From: Marinicella sp.
GTDB taxonomy: Bacteria; Pseudomonadota; Gammaproteobacteria; Xanthomonadales; Marinicellaceae
NCBI GenBank assembly: GCA_965230295.1
Contig: OZ246001.1
Location: 512,001 to 576,000, forward strand
Direction of reading: 5' to 3'
DNA: 64,000 nucleotides
The position numbers and the translations under genes were made by a program. Below the pieces are notes generated by a model, which was not told the origin of the DNA, did no database searches, and was given only the letters and a program-made list of their open reading frames with translations. Positions 9,267 to 17,558 of this stretch are shown in pieces (within the stretch, counting starts at the first letter, position 1; the number at the start of each line of letters is the position of its first letter).

Positions 9267-10046
9267 TCATGAATGCTTAATTCGCAACAACCTATTTATT
9301 TTATCAATGTCTTTTTGCTTTTCTTGTCCTGGTGGGATCACTAAAGTGCTTTTTAATGTAACCTCTGCACAAGCTAAGTCCTTGAGCGCCAATGATTTTA
9401 TCAATGGCTTTTCTATGGGCAAGACAGCACATTCATAAATGATCACTTGGTGGTCATCAGGGTAAGTCTCCAACAACATATCAACCAACAGTTGTTTGGC
9501 TTCTTCACTGGTCTCAAATACTTTCAAAGATCTGTCACCAGCCAAAGCTATCTGCCACAAAACCAAATAAGCTGTGGGATCAAAAACGGTTTGATTGAAC
9601 ATGAAATTATTGGCTTCAAAATGCGCAATACCATAGGTTCCAGGATCTATTCCCAAATCTGCATACAAACAATCTTCGGCTGAAACACCCGGTTCCATGT
9701 GGGCTTTGAAACCTTCTTTTCTGGCCATTTCAATGGTTTGGTGTGGAGTCAAAGCAAACACCCCTGGGTGGCCATAAAAAGCACCACAAACTTTTTTCCC
9801 GGCCCTCACTTCCTTCATGATGGTCTCGTTCATTTCCTGGTATGTTTGTTTGCGCGATTTTCCTTCAGCATACAATGACTGTAAACTGATGACATTCTCA
9901 TTCATGGTACCCACCCATTCTTCCACCAATAGGTTAGATGCCGCTACAAAAACCACATCAGCCTGTTCAATAAAATTCCTCGATAAAGGGGTGATGTGAG
10001 CGCCCAAAGTCATGCCTAAGCCCACGTTGACTAAACTGCCTTTCAT
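9267..10046 (-). CDS. Borosin-type peptide alpha-N-methyltransferase (SonM/OphMA family, TP_methylase fold), stand-alone (split)
   Basis: KGSLVNVGLG, LQSLYAEGKSRKQTYQEM (Y...R...Y catalytic set), GAFYGHPGVF, MEPGVSAEDCLYADLGIDPG, LVLWQI, STLVIPP. Start ATG at 10046 overlaps the upstream TGA (ATGA). Confidence 0.92.
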   Translation of the reverse strand: MKGSLVNVGLGMTLGAHITPLSRNFIEQADVVFVAASNLLVEEWVGTMNENVISLQSLYAEGKSRKQTYQEMNETIMKEVRAGKKVCGAFYGHPGVFALTPHQTIEMARKEGFKAHMEPGVSAEDCLYADLGIDPGTYGIAHFEANNFMFNQTVFDPTAYLVLWQIALAGDRSLKVFETSEEAKQLLVDMLLETYPDDHQVIIYECAVLPIEKPLIKSLALKDLACAEVTLKSTLVIPPGQEKQKDIDKINRLLRIKHS

Positions 10047-10540
10047 TGATTCAATTTCTCCATTGTAAAATCCCACCTGACAAGGTTGAGATGTTTCTTT
10101 GCTGTTGATGTATTTTTGACTGGGACAAAGCCCATGTTTTGATAACTGATACTCGCTGCTTTGTTATCTGCATGGATATAAACGGTGCAGAGCTTCGCGG
10201 GAAACAGGCGCCGCACTTGACGCATTGCGTTCATTTGAGCCCACTTGCATACCCCTTTGTTTTGATAGGCAGGCACCACGATCATGCCTGATTCAATGCT
10301 TTCATTATGGGGGTACCAGTGCATACTTAACATGCCTGCCCGGTGCAGACCGTCAGTCGTCTCGATGATTTGATAATCCGCTGTTTGTCGTTCGATCTCT
10401 TGCAACATTTTATGGCACAATTGTGCGGCTATGTCAGGCGACACAAGGTCACCAATGTGTCGCATGATGAGCGGATCTTGATATAAATCACTGACGAATG
10501 ACTGGTCTGATTCGGCCAATCGGCGCAATTGGTATGTCAT
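10043..10540 (-). CDS. GNAT N-acetyltransferase, RimJ/RimL-like (copy 1)
   Basis: LRRLAESD, LYQDPLIMRHIG, GMIVVPAYQNKGV, NKAASISYQNMGF. Translationally coupled to the borosin methyltransferase. Confidence 0.85.
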   Translation of the reverse strand: MTYQLRRLAESDQSFVSDLYQDPLIMRHIGDLVSPDIAAQLCHKMLQEIERQTADYQIIETTDGLHRAGMLSMHWYPHNESIESGMIVVPAYQNKGVCKWAQMNAMRQVRRLFPAKLCTVYIHADNKAASISYQNMGFVPVKNTSTAKKHLNLVRWDFTMEKLNQ

Positions 10541-10616
10541 GAAAATTACATTTCCTTTTGAGGTCTCAGCTAAAACAGGCTTATGTTACTATAAACCCAA
10601 AAATCTCACACAACTT

Positions 10617-11432
10617 ATGGCTCAAATATACTTAATACTTTTCACTGTGTTGCTGGCGATCATCGTCATAATGGGGTTGATAAAATGGCGCAAGCAAAGC
10701 AAAAGACGCGCCATATACCGGCTTGAAACGCCTGAAACTTGGGTGGCGTACATCATCAATAACGTGGCACTTTACTCAGTGCTGCCATCGCACCTACAAC
10801 GAGAGCTGTTGGGCCATGTGAATATTTTTCTGTCTGAAAAATATTTTTCCGGCCATGCCGGCCTGGAGGTGACTGATGAGATGCGTGTCACCATCGCTGC
10901 CCAGGCCTGTCTGCTGCTGTTGAACCGAAAAACCAATTACTACCCCCACTTAAAAACCATCCTGATTTATCCGGCTGGATTTAAAAATCCCAATCACGAG
11001 AAACCAGGCCACCATCTGGGTGAATCTTGGGTCCGGGGGCCAGTGGTGCTGTCTTGGGCAGATGCCAAACACGGTGGCAGCAACGCCAAAGATGGCAGTA
11101 ATGTGGTGATCCACGAATTTGCTCATCAATTAGATCAAGTGGATGGTGCCGGAGATGGCAGGCCAGTCATCGAGGGCAACCAACTCAGAACTTGGGGCAA
11201 AGTCATGAGCAAAGAGTTTAAAAACCTCATTGTCAAAGCCAAAATGCGCAGAAAAACATTTTTTGACCATTACGGTGCCACCAATCCAGCAGAATTTTTT
11301 GCGGTGACTTCTGAGCATTTTTTTGAGCAGCCGCATACCTTCAAACGCAAACACGCTGAACTGTATGATTTATTGATGAAATATTACCGTTTGGACCCAG
11401 CCAGTTGGACCTCCCCTATTAAACAACGTTAA
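10617..11432 (+). CDS. Zinc-dependent peptidase, M90/MtfA family, N-terminal membrane anchor
   Basis: IAAQACL, GESWVRGPVVLSW, NVVIHEFAHQLD, YGATNPAEFFAV.SEHFFE; likely start ATG 10617. Confidence 0.9.
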   Translation: MAQIYLILFTVLLAIIVIMGLIKWRKQSKRRAIYRLETPETWVAYIINNVALYSVLPSHLQRELLGHVNIFLSEKYFSGHAGLEVTDEMRVTIAAQACLLLLNRKTNYYPHLKTILIYPAGFKNPNHEKPGHHLGESWVRGPVVLSWADAKHGGSNAKDGSNVVIHEFAHQLDQVDGAGDGRPVIEGNQLRTWGKVMSKEFKNLIVKAKMRRKTFFDHYGATNPAEFFAVTSEHFFEQPHTFKRKHAELYDLLMKYYRLDPASWTSPIKQR

Positions 11433-11575
11433 TTGAGTGGGTTTTGTCACAAAATGTTCACACCCAATCAGCACAATACCCGAAAAATTAAGGTTTATGA
11501 CTGAACCTATGTAACTTTTTTCAGTCTGAAGCGTTTAACCATACAAATAAAGAAACAACTAAGGCGGGAATTGCC

Positions 11576-12109
11576 ATGCAACAGCACAACATATTTTTCA
11601 ATTTTATCAAGGTGAGTTTATTCACCACCATATTATTTGGTGGCTTATTGGCCCAAAGCTATGCCACCACACTGTTCTCAAACACCATCATGAAGATGAA
11701 CATTGAGTTCAGTACCACCGATGCCAAAAACAGCATCACCCAAAAAGCATCCATGACCGTCCACAATGATCAAGAGTCAAGCATCGCATTTGGCGACCAT
11801 CAGTTGGACATCAAAACCAAATTCATCAGCTGGGAAGAAAATGCCGCTGAACACGAACAGGTTTTTGCAGAAATTTTGGTCCAGAAACTGAATGAAGCGG
11901 GTGAATACCAAGTGATCTATGAACCTTCTTTGTTGATCTTACGCAATGAGTGGGCTGAACTCAAAATCAATTCTGAAGATGGCGAAGAAAGCTTTGAGCT
12001 CAAAATGCAGTATGAAGACTTCAAGTCTGAAAAAGACGACAATGCCTTCTTACAAGAACCTGAGTGGTTGAATTGGACAGAAAAAACAGCTGACGCAGAG
12101 GTTTGCTGA
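11576..12109 (+). CDS. Hypothetical exported protein
   Basis: 177-aa ORF with signal-peptide-like N-terminus (LFGGLLAQSYA); no recognised motif. Confidence 0.7.
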   Translation: MQQHNIFFNFIKVSLFTTILFGGLLAQSYATTLFSNTIMKMNIEFSTTDAKNSITQKASMTVHNDQESSIAFGDHQLDIKTKFISWEENAAEHEQVFAEILVQKLNEAGEYQVIYEPSLLILRNEWAELKINSEDGEESFELKMQYEDFKSEKDDNAFLQEPEWLNWTEKTADAEVC

Positions 12110-12197
12110 TTAAGCAATGACAGTTTTTCCTAAACTCCAAATAAACAGCATGGTTCAAGGATGAACGTGCTGTTAAATTCAATTCATAACAACCAAC

Positions 12198-12305
12198 TCA
12201 ATCACCCTTTACAAGTTCATTTCTTGATACCTTGACTTGTTCCATCGACCCTTCCAAAACACCATCAATAAGCTGATTCATTTGGCGCATTTCGGCTTCG
12301 TTCAT
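12198..12305 (-). CDS. Possible small ORF (35 aa; not in ORF track)
   Basis: MNEAEMRQMNQLIDGVLEGSMEQVKVSRNELVKGD*, with GGAG about 11 nt upstream of the ATG. Confidence 0.3.
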   Translation of the reverse strand: MNEAEMRQMNQLIDGVLEGSMEQVKVSRNELVKGD

Positions 12306-12354
12306 TGAAAAGTTGACTCCATCGGAAAGCTTGCTGAGCAGCTTGACCCGCCGA

Positions 12355-12925
12355 GCCGGTTAGGCAAATCATGCAATCTTGGCGATTTTGCAAAGCAAAG
12401 AAGCCTTGATGTAATGATTGATTAGCCGTGAGCTTTTGTTATAGCGGCCGCTATCGCTCCTGGCTATCGCGGCAGACCTACATCCGTGTAGTCACCTCTG
12501 ATACCGGCATCCTGCCTCCTCAGAGGACTTACTTCCATGTAAGCCAATCAGAGGCGAAGAGAATAGCCAATGAGCATATGGCGATTTGACGAAGTCAAGA
12601 AGCCTTATGTGAATGGCGTTATAGCACAGGTAATGAAAGTTGGGCGGTTTTATCGAAGATAAAGAAGCCCGATTTGAATACCGCAGTGCGTGCGAGGTAG
12701 CAAGTCATGTTCGCCTCGGCAGCTACCGCATCGATCCCCAGGACGGGGTGAATGCAGAGAATTGTTGGGAACAATTCCTGCCTGCTATCGCTGCATACTT
12801 ACATCCATGTAAGCAGTCGCATTCACTTTTGTTAGGAACAGACATGCAGTGCGAAGCAACTGCTCAGACAATAGTCTGTAAAGGTCGGTTTATTTGCGCA
12901 GCAAATATGAAGACCTGTCAGACCA
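12355..12925. repeat. Structured non-coding island with repeated hairpin motifs
   Basis: Four hairpins of form GG(C/TC)-GR-T-stem-RNA triloop-stem-G-AA-G(CC/ACC) at 12381-12405, 12580-12604, 12642-12670 and 12882-12916. Imperfect direct repeat 12459-12491 / 12781-12813. Perfect palindrome ATAGCGGCCGCTAT at 12441-12454. Several GGA-loop hairpins. Confidence 0.75.
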
Positions 12926-13030
12926 TGAACCAGAATGAAGCCCCAAGAACATTCTTTATCTTTGACAAAAACAACACGCTTTTCGGTGTTTCTGAATAAT
13001 TGTCCACTGCCTTTCCTGATAACTTTAATG

Positions 13031-14416
13031 TCACTCACTGTCCACCACCTTACCTCTGTTCAACACCCCATTGGGATCGAACACCTGTTTCACTTGTTGC
13101 ATCAATTTGATTTCTGCTATTGACTTTGAATAAGGCAAAAAGGGCTTTTTGATCAATCCAACGCCATGTTCAGCAGAAATACTGCCACTGAATGCTTTGA
13201 TCAAACCATAAACATGTTCGTTAACGGCTTCACATTGTTGTTTGAATTCAGTGGTGTCCATGACTTCAGGTTTCAGGATGTTGAGGTGCAAATTACCATC
13301 ACCAATGTGGCCAAACCATATGGTTTCGAAATCCGGGTATTCAGCAACCAACACATCTTCCAACTGTTGCATGAAGGCTGGCACTTGGGAAATTTTCACA
13401 GAGATGTCGTTCTTATAAGGCGTGAAATGTGCAATCGACTCAGAAATACCTTCACGGTACTGCCACAACTGTTGCGCTTGATCGATGCTTTGGGCAATGA
13501 TGCCATCGGCAACCCATTCATGTTCCATGCCTGCTTCAAAAACCTCCATAGCCGCCTCTTCATTCTCATCAAACTCCAACAGCACATAAAAGGGATGCAT
13601 GTCTTCAAATGGATTGTCAAAACCACGGTGGGCCATAACACGTTTCAATGATCGGTCTGAAAAGAATTCAAATGAAGACAAGGTCAGTGATTTTCGCGCC
13701 AAAGCAAACACCGACATGACCGCTTCCAGTGAAGACAAGGCCAACAACATCACCGATTGGTTTGGTGGGGTATCGATCAACTTGATCTCGGCTTCCACCA
13801 CCACGCCTAATATTCCTTCAGAGCCTATAAACAAATGTCTGAAGTCCAAACCACTGGCATTTTTCACCAATCCCTGGTTCAGGTGCAGTATTTCTCCAGT
13901 CCCGGTAACCACCGTTAAACCCAACACATAATCGCGGGTTAAACCATACCTGAGCACTCGGATGCCACCGGCGTTGGTGGCTATATTCCCAGCAATGTGA
14001 CTGGAACCCGATGAGGCAAAGTCAACCGGATAAAACAAACCTTGTTCTTCGGCAAACTGTTGCAATTGCTCAGTGATCACACCAGCACCCACTTTAACGG
14101 TTTGATCGATTGGGTTAAAGTCACTGATTTCATTGAACCTGACCATGGAGATGACCCATTCTCCCTGGGTGGCCACTGCCCCGGCACTGTATCCTGTTCT
14201 GCCACCAGAAGGAATCACCACTTGCTGGTTTTGATTCGCCACTTGAATGATTTTCTGCACTTCTTCAACGTTATTCGGAAAAAATATAACCGCTGCATTG
14301 GGTTGGTGAAACCGGGTCCAGTCCTGGCCAAATTGTTCCAGGTCATGGGCTTGGGTTGACCAAGCCAAACCAGGCAACTCCGATTCAAGTAAAGAAGACA
14401 GTTTATCTGCTTGCAT
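13031..14416 (-). CDS. FAD-binding oxidoreductase, D-2-hydroxyglutarate dehydrogenase-like
   Basis: PSGGRTG, GNIATNAGG, LFIGSEGILG, FGHIGDGNLH, SISAEHGVG, FDPNGVLN; likely start ATG 14416; divergent from serA. Confidence 0.88.
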   Translation of the reverse strand: MQADKLSSLLESELPGLAWSTQAHDLEQFGQDWTRFHQPNAAVIFFPNNVEEVQKIIQVANQNQQVVIPSGGRTGYSAGAVATQGEWVISMVRFNEISDFNPIDQTVKVGAGVITEQLQQFAEEQGLFYPVDFASSGSSHIAGNIATNAGGIRVLRYGLTRDYVLGLTVVTGTGEILHLNQGLVKNASGLDFRHLFIGSEGILGVVVEAEIKLIDTPPNQSVMLLALSSLEAVMSVFALARKSLTLSSFEFFSDRSLKRVMAHRGFDNPFEDMHPFYVLLEFDENEEAAMEVFEAGMEHEWVADGIIAQSIDQAQQLWQYREGISESIAHFTPYKNDISVKISQVPAFMQQLEDVLVAEYPDFETIWFGHIGDGNLHLNILKPEVMDTTEFKQQCEAVNEHVYGLIKAFSGSISAEHGVGLIKKPFLPYSKSIAEIKLMQQVKQVFDPNGVLNRGKVVDSE

Positions 14417-14471
14417 ATCTGTTAAAATCCTGTTTTTGTAACTAAACGATCGTTTGAAAAACGCACAGAAT

Positions 14472-15704
14472 ATGACCAAATTATCCCTAAGTAAAGAAAA
14501 AATCAAAGTTGTTTTACTGGAAGGCGTTCATCCAGACGCCGAAAAGCTGTTTCGCGCCGATGGCTACGATAATATCCACGTCTATAACAGCACCCCCAAT
14601 GATGAAGCGTTAAGTGAAATTCTCAGTGATACCCACATCTTAGGCATTCGATCCCGCACCCAATTAAAAGGGCAGAATTTGGCTGCTTGTGAAAAACTGA
14701 TGGCGGTAGGAACATTCTGTATTGGCACCAATCAGGTGGATTTGGACAACTGTAAAACCCAAGGCATCCCGGTGTTCAACGCACCTTTTTCAAACACCCG
14801 CAGTGTGGCTGAACTGGTGATGGCTGAAATCATTTTGTTGTTGCGCGGTATTCCTGAAAAAAATGCCAAAGCACACCGGGGAGAATGGTTTAAATCAGCC
14901 TTACACTCCAATGAAACCAGAGGCAAGACCTTAGGGATTGTTGGTTTTGGTCATATAGGGTCACAATTGTGTATTTTGGCCGAAGCCATGGGCATGAAGG
15001 TCAAATATTATGACATTGAAAATAAATTGCCTTTAGGAAACAGCGAAGCGGTGGCTTCCTTGCATGAATTACTTCCACAAGTAGATGTGTTGTCATTGCA
15101 TGTTCCTGACACCGAGTTAACCCAGCAAATGATTGGGGCCAAAGAACTGGCTTTACTACCCAAAGGCTCGTTCCTGGTCAATGCCGCTCGTGGTCACATT
15201 GTGGTGATTGAAGATTTGGTGGCCAGCCTTGAGGCAAAACACCTCAACGGCGCGGCCATAGATGTCTTTCCAGAAGAGCCAGCCAGCAACAACCACCCTT
15301 TCGAATCACCCTTGTTGAAATTTGACAACGTGATATTGACACCCCATATCGGTGGCAGCACCCAAGAAGCGCAAGTCAACATCGCCAATGAAGTCGCTGA
15401 TAAACTGATTAAATATTCAAACAATGGATCCACTTCTTCAGCAGTCAATTTCCCGGAAGTTTCATTGCCGGCATTACACCCCGACTTAACCCGGGTGATG
15501 CACATCCATGAAAACAAACCTGGCATGCTGGAACAAATCAACCATGCTTTTTCCAGCCAGAAAATCAACATCGCTGCCATGTATTTACAAACATCCGGCG
15601 AAGTGGGCTATGTCATCATGGACGTCAACTGTGAATCATCTGATCCCATTGTTAACCAACTTAAAGACATTGAAGGAACCGTTCGTGTCAGGGTGTTACA
15701 TTAA
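14472..15704 (+). CDS. serA: D-3-phosphoglycerate dehydrogenase
   Basis: GIRSRTQL, FCIGTNQVDL, NAPFSNTRSVAE, LTPHIGGSTQEAQ, C-terminal ACT domain (HIHENKPG). Confidence 0.97.
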   Translation: MTKLSLSKEKIKVVLLEGVHPDAEKLFRADGYDNIHVYNSTPNDEALSEILSDTHILGIRSRTQLKGQNLAACEKLMAVGTFCIGTNQVDLDNCKTQGIPVFNAPFSNTRSVAELVMAEIILLLRGIPEKNAKAHRGEWFKSALHSNETRGKTLGIVGFGHIGSQLCILAEAMGMKVKYYDIENKLPLGNSEAVASLHELLPQVDVLSLHVPDTELTQQMIGAKELALLPKGSFLVNAARGHIVVIEDLVASLEAKHLNGAAIDVFPEEPASNNHPFESPLLKFDNVILTPHIGGSTQEAQVNIANEVADKLIKYSNNGSTSSAVNFPEVSLPALHPDLTRVMHIHENKPGMLEQINHAFSSQKINIAAMYLQTSGEVGYVIMDVNCESSDPIVNQLKDIEGTVRVRVLH

Positions 15705-15724
15705 TCAAAAAACTGAGCAAACAC

Positions 15725-17488
15725 ATGAAAAAACAAGCTTTAATTATCTTCGTCCTCATTATGGTCAGCCAGAACCTGTGGGCCAACCGCACCAGCAATA
15801 AACTGCATCGTATACTCAACGAAATAGAAAACATCAAAGCTGAATTAAGCCCTCAATTAGCCAGCTACCTGGGCGATGAGTCCAAAGCAGGTCAATTGGA
15901 TGATGCATCAGCTGCAGCAGTCCTATTACAAAATGAAAAAATCCAACCTGTTCTGGACAAGTTGAACCGGTTGAACCCTGAAAAATTGGACTTTCAGGAT
16001 CAGATATCGTTACAAATTCAAAAAGCCTTCTTACAGGACACTTTGGCCGACAACTTGTTCAAAGAATATGAAATGCCCATCACCGCAGAGGGCTCATTTC
16101 ATGTGCAATTGGCCACCATGCACCGTTATTCTGCCTTTCAGAAAGCGCAAGACTTTGAGAATCATTTAAGTAAAATGAAACAAGTGGCACGGGTTATGGA
16201 ACAACACATCACCAACATGCGTGCTGGCTTGAAACGCGGCTTTACCCAACCACAAGTGATCATCCAACACTATCCGGAATTCATCCAAACTTACATCAAG
16301 GATAACCCTGAAGAGTCTAACTTTTATCAACCCTTTTTGAAAAAGCCAAAACATCTGGATGCCAATCAATTTGCCGATTTACAAAAACAAGCCAAACAAA
16401 TCATCTCTGATTCCATCAACCCCAGCTACCGGAAATTCAAAACTTTCATGGTTGATGAATACATTCCTGGTGCCAGAACCACCATTGGAGCCTATAGCTT
16501 CCCAGATGGTAAAGCATACTACCAACAACAAATCAAAGAGTACACCACATTAGAATTAACGGCAGAAGAAATCCATCAGATTGGCCGACAAGAGGTTAAA
16601 CGCATACGGGCTGAAATGGAAACCATCATTGCCGATCTGGAATTTGATGGCAGTTTTGCTGATTTTCTCGAGTTTCTCAGGACCGACCCTCAATTTTATG
16701 CCACCTCACCAGAACAACTTTTGAAAGAAGCCAGAGACATTTCAAAACGCATGGATGGCGTGTTGCCACAATTGTTCACCCGTTTACCCAGACAACCCTA
16801 TGCAGTCAATCCGGTACCTGCTGGCATTGCGCCCAATTACACCACTGGCCGTTATGTCCCTGCACCACTGGAATCCACCAGACCAGGACAATATTGGGTC
16901 AACACCTATGCTTTGGACAAAAGACCCTTATACAACCTAGAAGCGCTGACATTTCACGAAGCCGTTCCTGGGCATCACCTCCAAGGGGCCTTGACCAAAG
17001 AATTGTCAGACCTGCCTAAATTCAGACAAAACAGCTACATCTCGGCTTTTGGGGAAGGATGGGGTTTGTATTGCGAAAAACTCGCCAAAGAGGTCGGCTT
17101 TTACCAAGACCCTTACTCTGATTTTGGCCGCCTGACTTATGAAATGTGGCGCGCCATGAGATTGGTGGTGGACACCGGGATGCATGCCATGGGCATGAGC
17201 CGGGATGAAGCCATCAAACTGATGGAAGACAATACAGCCTTATCAAAACACAATGTTCGTACAGAAATCGACCGCTATATAGCATGGCCAGCCCAAGCCC
17301 TGTCTTACAAATTGGGTGAAATAAAAATCTGGGAATTGCGACACAAGGCAGAACAAGCCTTGGGTGCAGATTTTGACATCAGAACCTTCCACGACACGGT
17401 CTTAGGCAGTGGTTCAGTGCCCTTGAATGTGCTGGAACAAATCGTGGATCGGTACATCAGTGAGATCCAAGCAGGAAATAAAAAATAG
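15725..17488 (+). CDS. DUF885 family exported protein (putative metallopeptidase-like)
   Basis: Signal peptide; HEAVPGHHLQ, EGWGLYCE, RAMRLVVDTGMH, PAQALSYKLG. Confidence 0.9.
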   Translation: MKKQALIIFVLIMVSQNLWANRTSNKLHRILNEIENIKAELSPQLASYLGDESKAGQLDDASAAAVLLQNEKIQPVLDKLNRLNPEKLDFQDQISLQIQKAFLQDTLADNLFKEYEMPITAEGSFHVQLATMHRYSAFQKAQDFENHLSKMKQVARVMEQHITNMRAGLKRGFTQPQVIIQHYPEFIQTYIKDNPEESNFYQPFLKKPKHLDANQFADLQKQAKQIISDSINPSYRKFKTFMVDEYIPGARTTIGAYSFPDGKAYYQQQIKEYTTLELTAEEIHQIGRQEVKRIRAEMETIIADLEFDGSFADFLEFLRTDPQFYATSPEQLLKEARDISKRMDGVLPQLFTRLPRQPYAVNPVPAGIAPNYTTGRYVPAPLESTRPGQYWVNTYALDKRPLYNLEALTFHEAVPGHHLQGALTKELSDLPKFRQNSYISAFGEGWGLYCEKLAKEVGFYQDPYSDFGRLTYEMWRAMRLVVDTGMHAMGMSRDEAIKLMEDNTALSKHNVRTEIDRYIAWPAQALSYKLGEIKIWELRHKAEQALGADFDIRTFHDTVLGSGSVPLNVLEQIVDRYISEIQAGNKK

Positions 17489-17504
17489 TAAAGCAAGTGA
17501 ATAT

Positions 17505-17531
17505 TGCCTGGGTTTTGCTCAACCCAGGCAT
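17505..17531. terminator. Hairpin between convergent genes, probable intrinsic terminator
   Basis: TGCCTGGGTT-ttgctc-AACCCAGGCA. Confidence 0.6.
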
Positions 17532-17558
17532 AGACTGATCAATAATTAGCCAGAGTGA

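Noticed and set aside
9267-10046. Annotation as a tetrapyrrole (cobalamin/siroheme) methylase or MazG N-terminus
   Set aside because: Borosin-specific motifs, an adjacent precursor-like peptide and GGDEF gene, and no cob/cys genes nearby.
12355-12840. attC-like GTTRRRY cores (GTTAGGC near 12359; near-matches GTTATAG and GTTAGGA)
   Set aside because: No properly spaced complementary RYYYAAC ends, no cassette ORFs and no integron integrase in the window.
12640-12999. 119-aa ORF (and 12832..13038, 12935..13123) in the structured island
   Set aside because: TTG start, no recognisable domain, and it runs through hairpin/repeat motifs; probably spurious translation of non-coding sequence.
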